A stretch of 64,000 bases of DNA, from assembly GCA_907165135.1 (NCBI GenBank), contig OU015569.1, positions 6,944,001 through 7,008,000 on the forward strand, read 5' to 3'. How positions within the stretch are numbered: the first letter of the stretch is position 1; the number at the start of each line of letters is the position of its first letter. The notes beneath the pieces are model-generated. The model was given only the letters and a program-made list of their open reading frames with translations, was not told the DNA's origin and ran no database searches. Position numbers and translations under genes: made by a program. This document shows, one piece after another, positions 13,476 to 25,111 of this stretch. The DNA is from Oikopleura dioica (taxonomy: Eukaryota > Animalia > Chordata).

Positions 13476-14125
13476 AACCCTGGCGGATTCGTAAAAATTC
13501 AGTTCTATAAAGTCAAGCGTCCCTTTATGGTGTTTTCCAAGGCCGCTGCGACTCGCGATTTTCGATCGATTTCATCAATTTTTTTGCTTCAGGAAATGAG
13601 TCGTATGGAAAAAATAATTTAAGCGTAAAACACGTTCTTATGTCGGATGCCGATAAATCTGGACAGTAATTTTGAGCTTTTTCGCTCAAAACTGGGGGAT
13701 AAAACGGCCCTACAATTGGGCTTTTCAATAATAGAACGATTTTTTCGAAGCTTAGTTGAACAAGATTTTGCACTTATCTTTTCAACTACTTCTTGATAAA
13801 TGAGTTCATTTTGGGAAAAATGAAGTCAATTATTGGATTTATTCAGACTTATTGAGTTTATTATACTAAATTTAAGTTTTTTTTTCAATAGAATAGGAAA
13901 AATAGCAAAGGGAATAAGATTGTCACGAGTGAAGGAGGAGAAAAGTCCGTAGATAGTTTGAGGGTGTCGAAAATTGCGATACAATGTACTAGTACTACTA
14001 GTAGTAGCTCATCGTTGAAATAAAAGCCGGAATTTGGTTAGGGCATGTCATCTGAGTCCACATATTTTTTTCTGGTTAACACTGTTTTTTTTCCAAAATC
14101 GTTTTTGACAGCCTCAAAATCGCAT

Positions 14126-14987
14126 CTATTTGAAGGGTGCCCATGAGGATTTGTCTTCTTCTTGGTAGTTTTTGATGTCTTCTGGTCCAAAGACACGAAC
14201 TTCGACGTTCGGCCCCTCTTTTCAATAACGTAAAATTATGTTGACAACAAAACTTACTCTCTTCCCGACAAACAGTTGCCGCTTCTTCATCAAGCTTTCT
14301 CCGTTTTGCCAGAGTAACTTCTCGTCGACGCAAGATATTTTGTCTAGTAGAATTTGCTTCCTTCTGGGCATCCTTGAGTTCCTCTTCCGCCCTCCTAAGT
14401 TTCATTTTTGCGCTGCTGACCCTCTTTTCAGCGTCAAAAAGCTCTAACGTAGCCTCGTCTTCTTCCAATCGCGAGTTTAGGTACGCTCTGTGTGCGTCAA
14501 TGACCAACGCCTTTCTCTCTAAAAATGAAAATTTGATGATTTGAAATGAAAAATGCCAGTAACGGTGTTTCTTTGCATCTTCGCAGCATTCTCCATTGAT
14601 GAACTGACGAGGAGATGACAATGCGTAGCATTTCGATGCAGGACATGTGAGCTTTGCATCACTCATTCTTGTTTCTTCGGCTTCATCTAGTTCTTCGTTC
14701 ACTTGTGGGCCAAGCATGCAGTGTTCGCAGACAAAACGACGAAAGGCGTTTGCTTTCTTCATTTTCTCGGTGACCCTTTCGATAAGTAAAACGTTGAAAT
14801 AACGAAAGAATTACCTGTAGCAGCTTGGCATCGCGCACTTTCCATATTTTCCGAAACTCTTGACGTACTTTCTGTCAACGTATCTTATCGCTTCGTTGCC
14901 TCGTCTGTAGGTTTCGTGAGACATTTCGAAATTCGACGCTTCCGGTGTTTTCGGAAGGCTTCTCTGCAATGAAAAAATCCCACTCTC
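14126..14987 (-). CDS. Uncharacterised Cys-rich (putative Zn-binding) plus coiled-coil protein
   Basis: Exons join to ...YGKCAMPSCYRVTEKMKKANAFRRFVCEHC...CPASKC...CCEDAKKH, then a long helical E/K/R-rich segment and a last exon KGPNVEVRVFGPEDIKNYQEEDKSSWAPFK*, using GT-AG introns. 5' end not resolved. Confidence 0.55.
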
Positions 14988-16389
14988 GATGCTTCTTTAT
15001 ATGTAAGATGAAAAAAATCACGAGCGAATCGTCAGTTTCAAGAGAAATCAGCCCAGACATCTGCTGGCGATTGAGTTTTTCAAACCTCTCCTGATCGAAA
15101 GGAAACAATCAAATTAACTATCATTGCAAATCACTAAAAATCAAGTGTCTATCCACTAATTTTGAGGACTTCCGCACAAATTCGTATTTTGGCTTGCCCA
15201 AGTATAATTGCAGCAAAGATCGTTCAACTAATCATATTGATATTTATACAAAATGAAAGTTTGTGTTTACAAAAAATAGACCTCTTTTGTTTTCATTCCA
15301 ATTCTCGGAGCCGGAGGCTGCTCTTTCTTGCTTCTTAAAGCAGTGTTTATGAAATAACATTATAGCTAGACAATTTAAATTATTTGGAGGAAGAAAAAGG
15401 GCCTGTTGGTGATATTTAGTTTACATCGCTTGTAAACTATTCGAACGAACTCTTGCAAACTACACGAGTAGACGATTTACTCAGCAGTAACCCGCCAGCT
15501 ATTTCTTATAAATATTTCTAATAAATACTGATTTCCCAAAATTACCCCTGGCAAGTTTGAAAAGTTAAATCAACTCGGCCTGTTTTTCTTGAATGAAATT
15601 CTTGTCCGGAATAAGAGGGCAACAATTTCTTCATTTCGACCCGCCCAGTTCCAGAACATATTGAGGGTGTTATTTTTATGCACGTTCCAAATGAAATGAG
15701 CGACTTGCAATCAGAGGAACTTTTGGAGAGTACAAAACTTGGCTCACTCTCTCGAGCGAAATTGTTTAGTTGCCAAGAGAAATAACTCTCGTGATTTCCT
15801 ATTCTAAAGGCATTTCTCTATTCGCATAATAGTTTATTTAAACTTCGATCAATTGCACAAGAATTCAAGCTCGCGTAGTTAAAATTCTTCCATATCTGGA
15901 TAAAACTTGGAGAAGAGGAAATGCCTCGTGAAACCGCGTATGTCCCCAATAACAACACATGACCTGATGTGTTGGGTTAGGGGAAATATCGAGAAGTAGA
16001 GACAGACATCAACATTCTGACGTACAAATGTATTTTCTGTAAGAGTTTCAGGAATTTTGTACAGTAAAATCATCGATAATATCGACGGGCGGAGAACAGC
16101 CCTCTCGATTCTGGCTCATCCATGTAGTATGTTGAGGTAAATCGGACATAGGGCTTCATAAGCTGGAGAATGTACCAAAGCATAACGCAAAATAGGAAAA
16201 ACAGCCGAGTCCCCATCATCAGTGTCTCCCAGTAACTGATTCCTGAAGTGTTCGTTCAGTCAATTGGAAAAAAGCAACAGTAAACATTCGAGTAGCCAAA
16301 TGAAGAATTCTCAGAGCAAGGCTTCAAGTAAGACTACCTCGAATTCTACCATGAATATAACCGCAAATTTATTTATTTGCCATGAACTT

Positions 16390-17007
16390 TGAGTAACTTA
16401 CCTCCAACTGAGCGCTTCAATTTAGTGACGTTTTCAATCTTCTCCGAGACAACTCCTTGGCTTCTCCCGTACATGTCCTCATGGAAATTAAGGCAGTATT
16501 CGTATGCGTTCCTTACTACAAAACCGTGATCAGAAGTAACTATCTTTTGCCAAGAAATTGATGTTCTTTTGCACTAGTGACAGCGCTACACAAATTTACA
16601 ACCCGAAAGTCTAAACAACGACTAACTAGAGCGAAATTCAACCTAAAAGAGAGCCTTACACTAAACACAATTACTACAGCGTAAATTTAAATGGTTAAAC
16701 GCAGAGCTCTCTCAAAGTGGCCTTATCCAGAGAAATAAAATACTATTACTTAATTTCACTAAAAACCTTCTTTACCTGAGACGTCGTCCAGCTCAACCTC
16801 TGCGTTCAGTTCAATGAACGCCTTCCTCAGATTTTCCTTCGAGTGAAAAAGGTTTCCTTCCAGACCCAGCCTGGATAAAGCCCTGAGATATTCTTCTGAC
16901 GCGAATCCATCACTTCTCATCGCCCCAGAAATCGTCAGGTCTCTCCGGCGCACGAGTTGCGCACAGCGCTGCGGAAAAAGAACTCGCCGTGCAAGTTGCG
17001 CTCTCAT
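16390..17007 (-). CDS. Putative mitochondrial J-domain-like protein (partial model)
   Basis: MRAQLARRVLFPQRCAQLVRRR resembles a mitochondrial presequence. ALSRLGL...SKENLRKAFIEL and the downstream exon GFVVRNAYEYCL resemble J-domain helices II and III, but no HPD motif is seen and splicing is unresolved. Confidence 0.35.
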
Positions 17008-17587
17008 CGGATAAAATTGAAAAGGGAACTCAGAAAGGGAAAAAGGAAATCTTTGCGAAAATTTAGAGCCATCGTCTAATTGGTCGGTTTTTGATTGCGC
17101 AATGTTTAAATCACCAGAAGCTTCGAAAGAAAAAGCCACCAACATGTTCTGACCTCCTTCGGGGTCACTTAGGGTAATTAGTGCATCGAACCAATTGGCA
17201 TTTGCAAATTAAAACTATCAATAATTGAATTGCTTTGTGAATTGCCTAATAGTTACAATAATAGTGACTTATTATCATTAATCCTACTGGACACATGGCA
17301 ATGCTCGAAAATTGTCGCAATTGCTATTAAAATTCACTCAAGATCATTAAAAATAATAATTATGTTTTGATGACTAAACTGCTCTGAGTTGCAATAAAGA
17401 AAAACACTTTGAAGCCGCCGAGTCGTGCAAATTGAAGCAAGACTCGAAGTTATTATTTGAAAAATATAGATTTATTTATAGAAAATTATACATTTTTGAG
17501 AGAGAGACGGTGATCGCTCTGCTCTTCTTGAGAAAGAGCACTAAATGGCGCATACTTTCATTCTGCTTATCCCTTTGGTTCTTGATC

Positions 17588-17852
17588 TTGCACAGAAATT
17601 TGGGAAAAGGAGGACAAAAGACAGAAAGAGTTAGCAGCCAACGCAAGGCGTAAAGTGGGTATCCGAAACATCAGTGATATTTTCATTGTAGAAGTGCTTA
17701 TTAAGAATTTCTGCGAAAGTGTAGAAAGAGAAAGCGCTAGTAGAAACAAAGTGACTTCAGTGTTCGACAACAAGGAAGAATACGTGACTCACTTTCTGTA
17801 TTTCAACCAAAATCGCTTCTTGGGTCCTGGATTTCACATGATTTCTCGATAA
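17588..17852 (+). CDS. Possible small uncharacterised spliced gene (3' part)
   Basis: EIWEKEDKRQKELAANARRKV joins via a 33-bp GT-AG intron to EVLIKNFCESVERES...FHMISR*. Confidence 0.3.
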
Positions 17853-18224
17853 GAGCGGAATGTTTAAGCATAACATAATGGTGGGAAAACTGTTCTCAAA
17901 TTTTGTTCGCTTCACTTAAAACTTGGGTAAACGAAGAAATATCTACCAGCGCATAACACTGCCCAACTGTGAGTCATCACTATTTTTGATGATGCGTGTA
18001 AATTGAATTACGTTCGAGGTCGGTCATGAGATGTAAAAATTAATCAAAAATAAGAAAGGAAATAAATAAAACGTAAATTAGTAGGCTGCGCTAGCAGAAG
18101 TTATAGTCGGAAACTTGGATCATAAGAAAGGGGACTGGAAATGCGAAGAGGACATCTCGCGGGAATGAAATGAAATTATAGAAATATGTAAAACGGGGAT
18201 AGAGAAAAGTGGAAATGGTTATCA

Positions 18225-20234
18225 TCAGTTGTGCTCGTTAAGCCATTTTGCAGTAACGGTGCCATACTGTTGGCTGTGACTGGAGCCGGTATTTCGGGCG
18301 GCGTTCCCGCTACTCGTCATATTCTAAAGAAAAACCTCCGTCCGACCGAGAGTCATTTTACCTTGTAAGTTCCGGAGGAAGATCGATGAGGCTGCGTGTT
18401 TTTCGCACCGGTAGTTCGAACGAAGTTTGACCGTGACTTGGTGCCAACCACTTTGCCAGTGACGCTCAAGTCGGCATCCTTCATGTTCCCGTTGTTGTTA
18501 TTTGAGTGACTGTTTTTGCGAATGATGTTACTGTTTTGTCTCTGCAATAATGAAAAGATTAAAATCAAGAATAAAGACTGTTTACTTACAAGGCGGTCCT
18601 GCTGCTTCGTAAATTCTCTCGTGTTTTGTCTGTGAAGCGGGGCAGAGCTGTGTCTGCTGTGGATCACGGGCGACTGGTGAGGCGCGAGATTTTGGGCACT
18701 GCGAGAATGACGAGATGGTTCGCCCTTATCCATAGCCACAACTTTCGACGATCGACGATAAGGGGCTGGCACTGATACTGGCTTCGATGCAGCGACAGAC
18801 GCAGCTGGGTAGACGGGAGCCGTCCCCGTGCTCGTCATTTGCTTAGTTGCGCTTCCTGACTCTGGGTAGCTGTTTGTTAGCGTCCTGTTGAGATCTTCCT
18901 GCAAAATAACGGTAAAATCATGCAAGAAAAGCCACACTACCTTTTTGGTTTTTTTTGCTTGCTCTTCGGCATAGCGACGCTCTCGCTCAAGATCTCTTGC
19001 AGCTTTTTTCTCCCTAATCATTTTGTACAATTTTGAGCGATATTCGTCCACGGAGAGCTGAACATCGTCATCGATCGGTGGAATGACCTGATAGCCAAGA
19101 TCAAGAGGTTCTTTTTTCGTGTTGAATCGAGCAACGTAAGGATGACTGAGGCAGGACTCGGCAGATGGGCGCTTCTCTGGGTTAAAAACGAGCAACTGTT
19201 TGATGAGATCGATTCCATCTTTGGGCGAGTCTTTCGGAAGAATTTGCTCGAGCGTCACTCGTTGTTTTCGTTGAGCGCGCTCGACCACTGACAAAGCATA
19301 CTGGGAGCCAATAACGTCAATGTCCAGTCGCGAAGGCTGTGGGATCACTCTGATGATCTTCTCGATTTGATCGAAAGTAGAATCGCCGGGGAATAGCGGC
19401 TTGCCGAGCAACATCTCGGCCAATATGCATCCTAAACTCCACATGTCCACGCCTTTTGTGTAGTGAGGGGACGAGAGCAAAATTTCCGGAGCACGGTACC
19501 ATCGAGTAGCCACGTATTCAGTCAGCGCTGGGACGCTGGTGTCGTCGCCTTGCCCTCGTTTTGGAATGGAAGATAGCGATCGGGCGAGGCCAAAATCGCA
19601 GATCTATTGAAAATTATTTCTATGAATTAATTTCTGATTGGAACCTTGACTGCGCAATCAGAATCAAGGAGGACGTTTGAAGGCTTATGATCTCGGTGGA
19701 TTACATTTCCAGAGTGAAGGAAGGCAGTTGCGCGCATCAGTTGGGCCATAATATATCTCTTTGGAAAACAGTTAAATCAAGTCCAGTTTATGGCTGCTTA
19801 CTTGATGTGCGTCTTGTAAAATGCCTCCCTTTCGAATGACCGCATGCAAGTCCGTTTCCATATATTCAAAAACTAGGTAGATATCTTTGTCATTCTTGGC
19901 TGCCACTACATTTAATAATCTAAACGAAAGTTAACTGCTGATTATGACAAAAGACTCACTTGATGATGTTTGGATGATCTGCGAATTCTTGAAGAAAGAG
20001 GATTTCCCGGAATGTTCTCTGAGCATCAGTTGGATTTCTAAAAGCGTCGAAAATCTTCTTCAACGCCACTACGCGGCCTGTTTTGCGCTCATTCGCCTTC
20101 CAGACGATACCATACGCACCCTTCCCTAATGGAAAAAATATACCTAACGCGAAACGAAGATTGGACTAACCTAATCTGCGTCTGATTTCGTACCGTTCAA
20201 TCAAATGAGATTCTACCTCATTTGTGTCTACCAT
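18225..20234 (-). CDS. MAPK15: Mitogen-activated protein kinase 15 (ERK7/8)
   Basis: [32 protein letters not shown]...[23 protein letters not shown]...[11 protein letters not shown]...DFGLAR...[17 protein letters not shown]: TEY activation loop and the MAPK15-type KKIFDAFR...DAQRTFREI signature. Long C-tail ends [18 protein letters not shown] introns. Confidence 0.95.
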
Positions 20235-20766
20235 TCTAGAATTTTTAGATTTAGCGTTGATTCGGAGCGACCTGAGTTTATTCTTCGCAGTAGGGATCGA
20301 AAATTGTTCCAACTAAACGAAAACACTACACGAGAATTGAAGCAATTAGGTACACAAATAAAGAAACTGGCGAAATTGAAAGCACCGCTCCGATTTTAGA
20401 TCCTGCTCTTCACGATTCTTGAGATCGTTCGAATGTTACTCAGGGCTAGTTTCTCCACTAGATCGTGCTCATTCATTCTAAAAATAAGATTATGTAGGCG
20501 AGAAGTCATTGAACTGGGTTTCTTATTAACTTGACAGCATTCCTCTGAAGCAAGAATAAACGAATGAAGCACCGTAACGTTGAAGAAGATAAATATACAG
20601 CATCAATATCATTTTAAGGAGAGTCGGTTAGGTAAATAGTACGAAGAGAGTCTCATCTCAACTTTGTCTAATCGACTGGTGTAACTTGAAGAAATTACTG
20701 GTGTTAGTTTGAGTAGAAGACTTTGAGGCTTTGAAACATTTTTTGGAGTCAATTAATAATTGACAA

Positions 20767-23484
20767 TTATGCAAAAAGATCTTCGTCGTCTATGTCGCCA
20801 CCAAGGTCTAAATTGTCGCTCTCTTCTACGCCCAGCAGCAACTCGGCATCCAAGTCGTCCATATCGTCAAGTGCACCTGAAGGCAAGAAATTGATAAACA
20901 AAAAACGCCTATTTGTTTAAATAAAAAATCGCATTTTCACTGCTGCTTGGATAAACAAAGAAAATTCCCAAGGTCAAGTTAGACTTACGTGAACTCAGAC
21001 GCCTGGACTTAACGGGGGACGTCGACGGCTTCCTGGCGAGTTGTTCTGGTGGACTAGAACTACGCATAATAAACAATGTCAATTAGTACGTTTGAACCTT
21101 TTGGTGGCTTCCTCTTCTGCATCAGGGTCAGGAATTACTGGCGTGATTTCTTTTTTCTCGGCTGTTTTATCTTCTTTACGCACTCCATTGCTAGATAAAA
21201 CGGGTTTGTTGGGAATTGTATCGTCGATATCTGGAACGTCGTACGAATGTTCAAAGGGGTTCACTTCCTTCAAAGCAGTCTTTGGTTGTTTCTCTTTGAC
21301 GATCGGCTCTTTCTCTGACGATAAACTGCGTTTTCTACGTAGCGGATTTACAGTCTTCTTTTTAGGCGACTCTTTTTCATTTCCATTAACCTTCTGCTCG
21401 CTTCTAGAGAAAACGCGTTTACGATTTGCTTTTGGAGACGAAGAAGAAATTATTTAAAATTTATTGAGCCGCGAATGTTAAATGAAGCACGATTTCACAC
21501 GCTCGAGCGCCTTTCAATGCTCATTTTTCGCAACATTACCAAAAATTCAGCAATGAATGCAGCTCATGCTAGAAATACCTTGGAGGGGCGGTCGCTTGTT
21601 CTCCGAGTCTGTTTTTGACGTTGATTGGCTTGCTGCTGGCTTGTTTGGCGGCGGCTTGGCATTCCTTGGTGAGAATAGCGGCAACGCCACCACCGAGGCG
21701 AGATTTTATTCCTCCACCAGTAGTAGAAAGCGTCAACCGTCTATTCACCGAGACCGATTCTTTCTTCGACACCTCTCCGCCGAAGCGATTGAGGCGCGCC
21801 TTCAAAATCTGTTTGCTCAGATCTTCTTCATTTTTATTTCCGAGGCGATTTCTTACGCTGATTTTTTTGTTGATTATCGTGCAGAAGCTATGAATAAACT
21901 TACTTTTTTTCGTCTTTTACGGAAGCCCAAGATGTATTTGGTTTTCTCCTTTTAGTCGATTTTCTGGGAGATTCATCTGAATCACACGAAGATGCTTCCG
22001 ATGAGTTTCCAGCGAAGACGTTGGTTACCACTCGAGTGACTAACGGATTTTTCGCCTTTTCTTTCTTCGGCTTCTTGAAAAAAGCATTTTAAAAAGAGAG
22101 TGATTCAAGATTACTTCACTAGCAAATTTCCTTCGTTTATTTGAACTTTATGATCTGCTAGTTTATTGTAAGCTAATGCTAAAATGCTCGATGCCCTTAC
22201 TCACACATAAAGGATATTTAAACAAAAGCTAGTTCATGCAGCAAGTGGCATTTTCTTACCTTGATAGTTATTTTTCGTTCGACCCATTCAGACGAGCTCT
22301 CCCGCTTCAGCTCAGGCGCGTTCTCGTTGCGGATAGAAATGATCCGGCCAGCATGCTACAATCGAAAAATAGAGCCCCGCACAAGAAACGAAGATACAAT
22401 GAAGCATTTCATTGGATGATCTCATGCGGACTCACCTTCACCGTCTTTTCAGATTTTTTCTCGGACTTCTTGGTTTCCACATTTCGAAACTGATCTTCGA
22501 CTCTACGAATAGTCTAAAAATCAAAGATTAAATAGGAAGTTCTCAAAGATTGAAAGACGCACCACTGGCTCTTTGTTTTTATTAAGCTGAGCTCGCAGGT
22601 CTTCCTGTTCTTCGTCAGTTAACTCGTCCAGCGAGATATCCGACTGATCATCGTCGCTAAAGCCCCTTAAGATTTTATGAATTCGACCAGAAGACAGAGA
22701 CGTACTTTTTGGTTGAGACGATCTTCCGACCGGATTTGAGGAAGCCCTTCGGCGGAGTGGCGACATTGAAGGTCGGTCTGAGTTCCTCTTCCGGCGATCG
22801 CGGTGGCGATTCTCGATTCACCGTTTTCTTGACGATGTTAGCGCGTGCCTAAATATCAACCATTCCATTTTCGTGAACAGTCGACGAAACAAACCCTGGC
22901 TTGAGATTGCAAGATCCGCGCCCTCATTGCCATAAGATCTTCTTCTTCATCAGAATCCGAGCTTGCTTTGTCAGATTTTAGCGGCGATTTCTTAAAATAA
23001 AAATTTACCTTGAAATCGAACTCGATTCCGTTGTTACCTTTTCGTCAGCTGGTGGCGATGACGACGTCTTGCCTCCTTCAAGTTCTGCAAGATACTTGGC
23101 TACCTAGAGAAACATGAAGATCGCGAAGATGGGAGAAAGGGAATATCTTACCTTTTCGTCCATCGCGTCTTTCTTCGGTGATGGTCGCGGCTTGACATGT
23201 TTGTAGCTACAGCTGAGATTGATGCAACCACTTGGCGTATTCTCAAAGTAACAAAGCATTTCGTTTTTCTGCTTGAGCACGAAGTGCTGAAAAATAAATT
23301 ATTTTCGAACGTTCTGTTGGAGTGTGGGTACCATGCTGTCACAGTCGAGTTTTTGGCATGTTCCAGAAGCCCACTTCGAACAGAGTTGGGCAGTCTTTGC
23401 GGGGAGGTGGTGTCTGTACATACAGTTCTTCCTGAGACATTCAGAGATGATGAAGTAGCGACAGTCATCCCACGGTCGGCTCAT
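20767..23484 (-). CDS. ZC3H11A: Zinc finger CCCH domain-containing protein 11A-like
   Basis: N-terminal triple CCCH (DDCRYFIISECLRKNCMYRH; LCSKWASGTCQKLDC..H; LCYFENTPSGCINLSCSYKH) matches the ZC3H11A layout, followed by a long basic/acidic disordered region and an acidic C-terminus (LDLGGDIDDEDLFA*). Confidence 0.8.
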
Positions 23485-24188
23485 TTTCCCTCAAACTATA
23501 TTCCACAGTCAGATACAGTAGGTGCTGGGGAAAGAAAGTCCTTATTCTAAAAACATAGCCATGGACGCGTTGAAAATATATTCGTAACTTACAGTTATAG
23601 TGTGTTTAACACGAGCGAATGGACAAATTGCTGGTCAAAGACATTGATCAGTGTCATCGAGTCATTTTCCGCTGCGGACCATGTGCTACTCAACCGCTTG
23701 GCTGACAGAACTACGCGAAAATTCCCTCCTACCCCCAATTCGATACATATTCCCACATGGCGGAACTTCCACCCCCTTTTTTTTTGCTGGGATAAACATT
23801 ATTTTCTAATTACTTTTTTTGCTTCTATTTTTTCGATGAAGATTTCGTCGAGCAAACACGCTTTCTGTCTGAATAAACCCGAGTCGTTTCCAGAAAAAAA
23901 CAAAGTGACAGTACTCTGAAAAGAAAACAATATCGGTCGTTCTAGAGATAGTCCTCGCGAATTCGTCGAACGAATGAGCGTTGATTCGACACAGCAAATA
24001 GTACTATTGAACTTTTATAGCTTCGACAGAATGGCTATTTGAATAAACAAACGATCTCTTAAATAATTTATTTAGTTTAATTTATTCTATTTTAAGTTAT
24101 TTTTTTTAACTTAACATCGTCTCTGCTGAATTAGGAAAGGAAGAAGAATGGAGGGAGAGAGGAGATTGTTGCTCAGAATTGAAGTTGT

Positions 24189-24446
24189 GATGGGGCGGGA
24201 GCGGGCGCGCCGCGCTGGTCTTTTAGCGCGTATAACGCGGGCGTGGGTTTCGAAAGTTGTGTGAGTGGATTGGGCGTCCCCGTCGCGCCCAAACGCCCAA
24301 TGACTCACTGGATGCATTTGTAGCGCGCTCTCGTCGGAGACTCCTCCCAGGAACCTACAGACTGGAGCCGATTGTAAGCCAGAACGGCGAGTTAGAGCCC
24401 AGCAGTGTGCGATAGTAGCCTGCACGCCCGAAGAACGCGCCCTATC
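24189..24446. other. GC-rich self-complementary intergenic segment (candidate structured RNA or 5' UTR exon)
   Basis: Nested complementary arms 24189-97/24438-46, 24202-07/24425-30, hairpin 24211-30 and hairpin 24261-77/24293-308, lying in AT-rich DNA between divergent ZC3H11A and KMT2. Confidence 0.35.
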
Positions 24447-25111
24447 CTGCTCAGAACCTTTCCCACTTGCCAACACAGAAACAAACTTTAAAAACTATTG
24501 AGAACGAAATAAACGAAAATTGAAAAATGGTGAATCCGAAACTGCATTAGAGACGGAGAAACCGTGAATGTCAACAGCCGCAATTTCACAGAATCCAAAT
24601 TATATAGGAAAACGAAACAATTTCAAGGTTTGAAATAAATCACCACTCCCGTCTTTCATTTTTATTGTTCACCGTTAATGCCATGACTTAAAACCTATCC
24701 AAAAGCAACTCTTGCAGCAGAAACCCGCTTTTATTTCTATTACCGTTCTCTTTTTTTAACTCTTATAAATATCCTTTACGAAAAGGCGTTAGTCTAATTG
24801 TTTTTTTTTATGTTTGTGGCTCAAAGCTAAAAATCCGATTTAGACGAACAATCAGGGATAATTGGTACTGAGATATATTTTTCGATCACTTAGATTTAAC
24901 CAAAATATAAGAACTTATCAAAGTAATTGATTAAATCTCGATTCATAAGTTGAAATGTTTTTTATAAAAAGGAGAAATAATTCTCAGAATTTCATTGGAC
25001 AAGCGCTGAAATTTTATTCTAGCGGCCCGGTCGTCTTCTCTCCTCGGTCTTCGACAGCGGAAGTGACTGCGATTCTTTCTTTGATAATTCTTATTCTTCT
25101 TCTCCACCTAG

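Noticed and set aside
20398-20478. 26-codon ORF (MNEHDLVEK...) on the minus strand after TTTTTAG between ZC3H11A and MAPK15
   Set aside because: Too short, with no homology I can recognise; could be chance in UTR or intercistronic DNA.
24120-24480. RNase P/MRP, telomerase or SRP RNA identity for the GC-rich element (GGGAAAGGTTCTGAG resembles RNase P CR-I on the minus strand)
   Set aside because: No room for P2/P3 before the putative CR-I, the P4 partner pairs only 5 bp, there is no CTAACCCT-type template and no SRP helix-8 motif.
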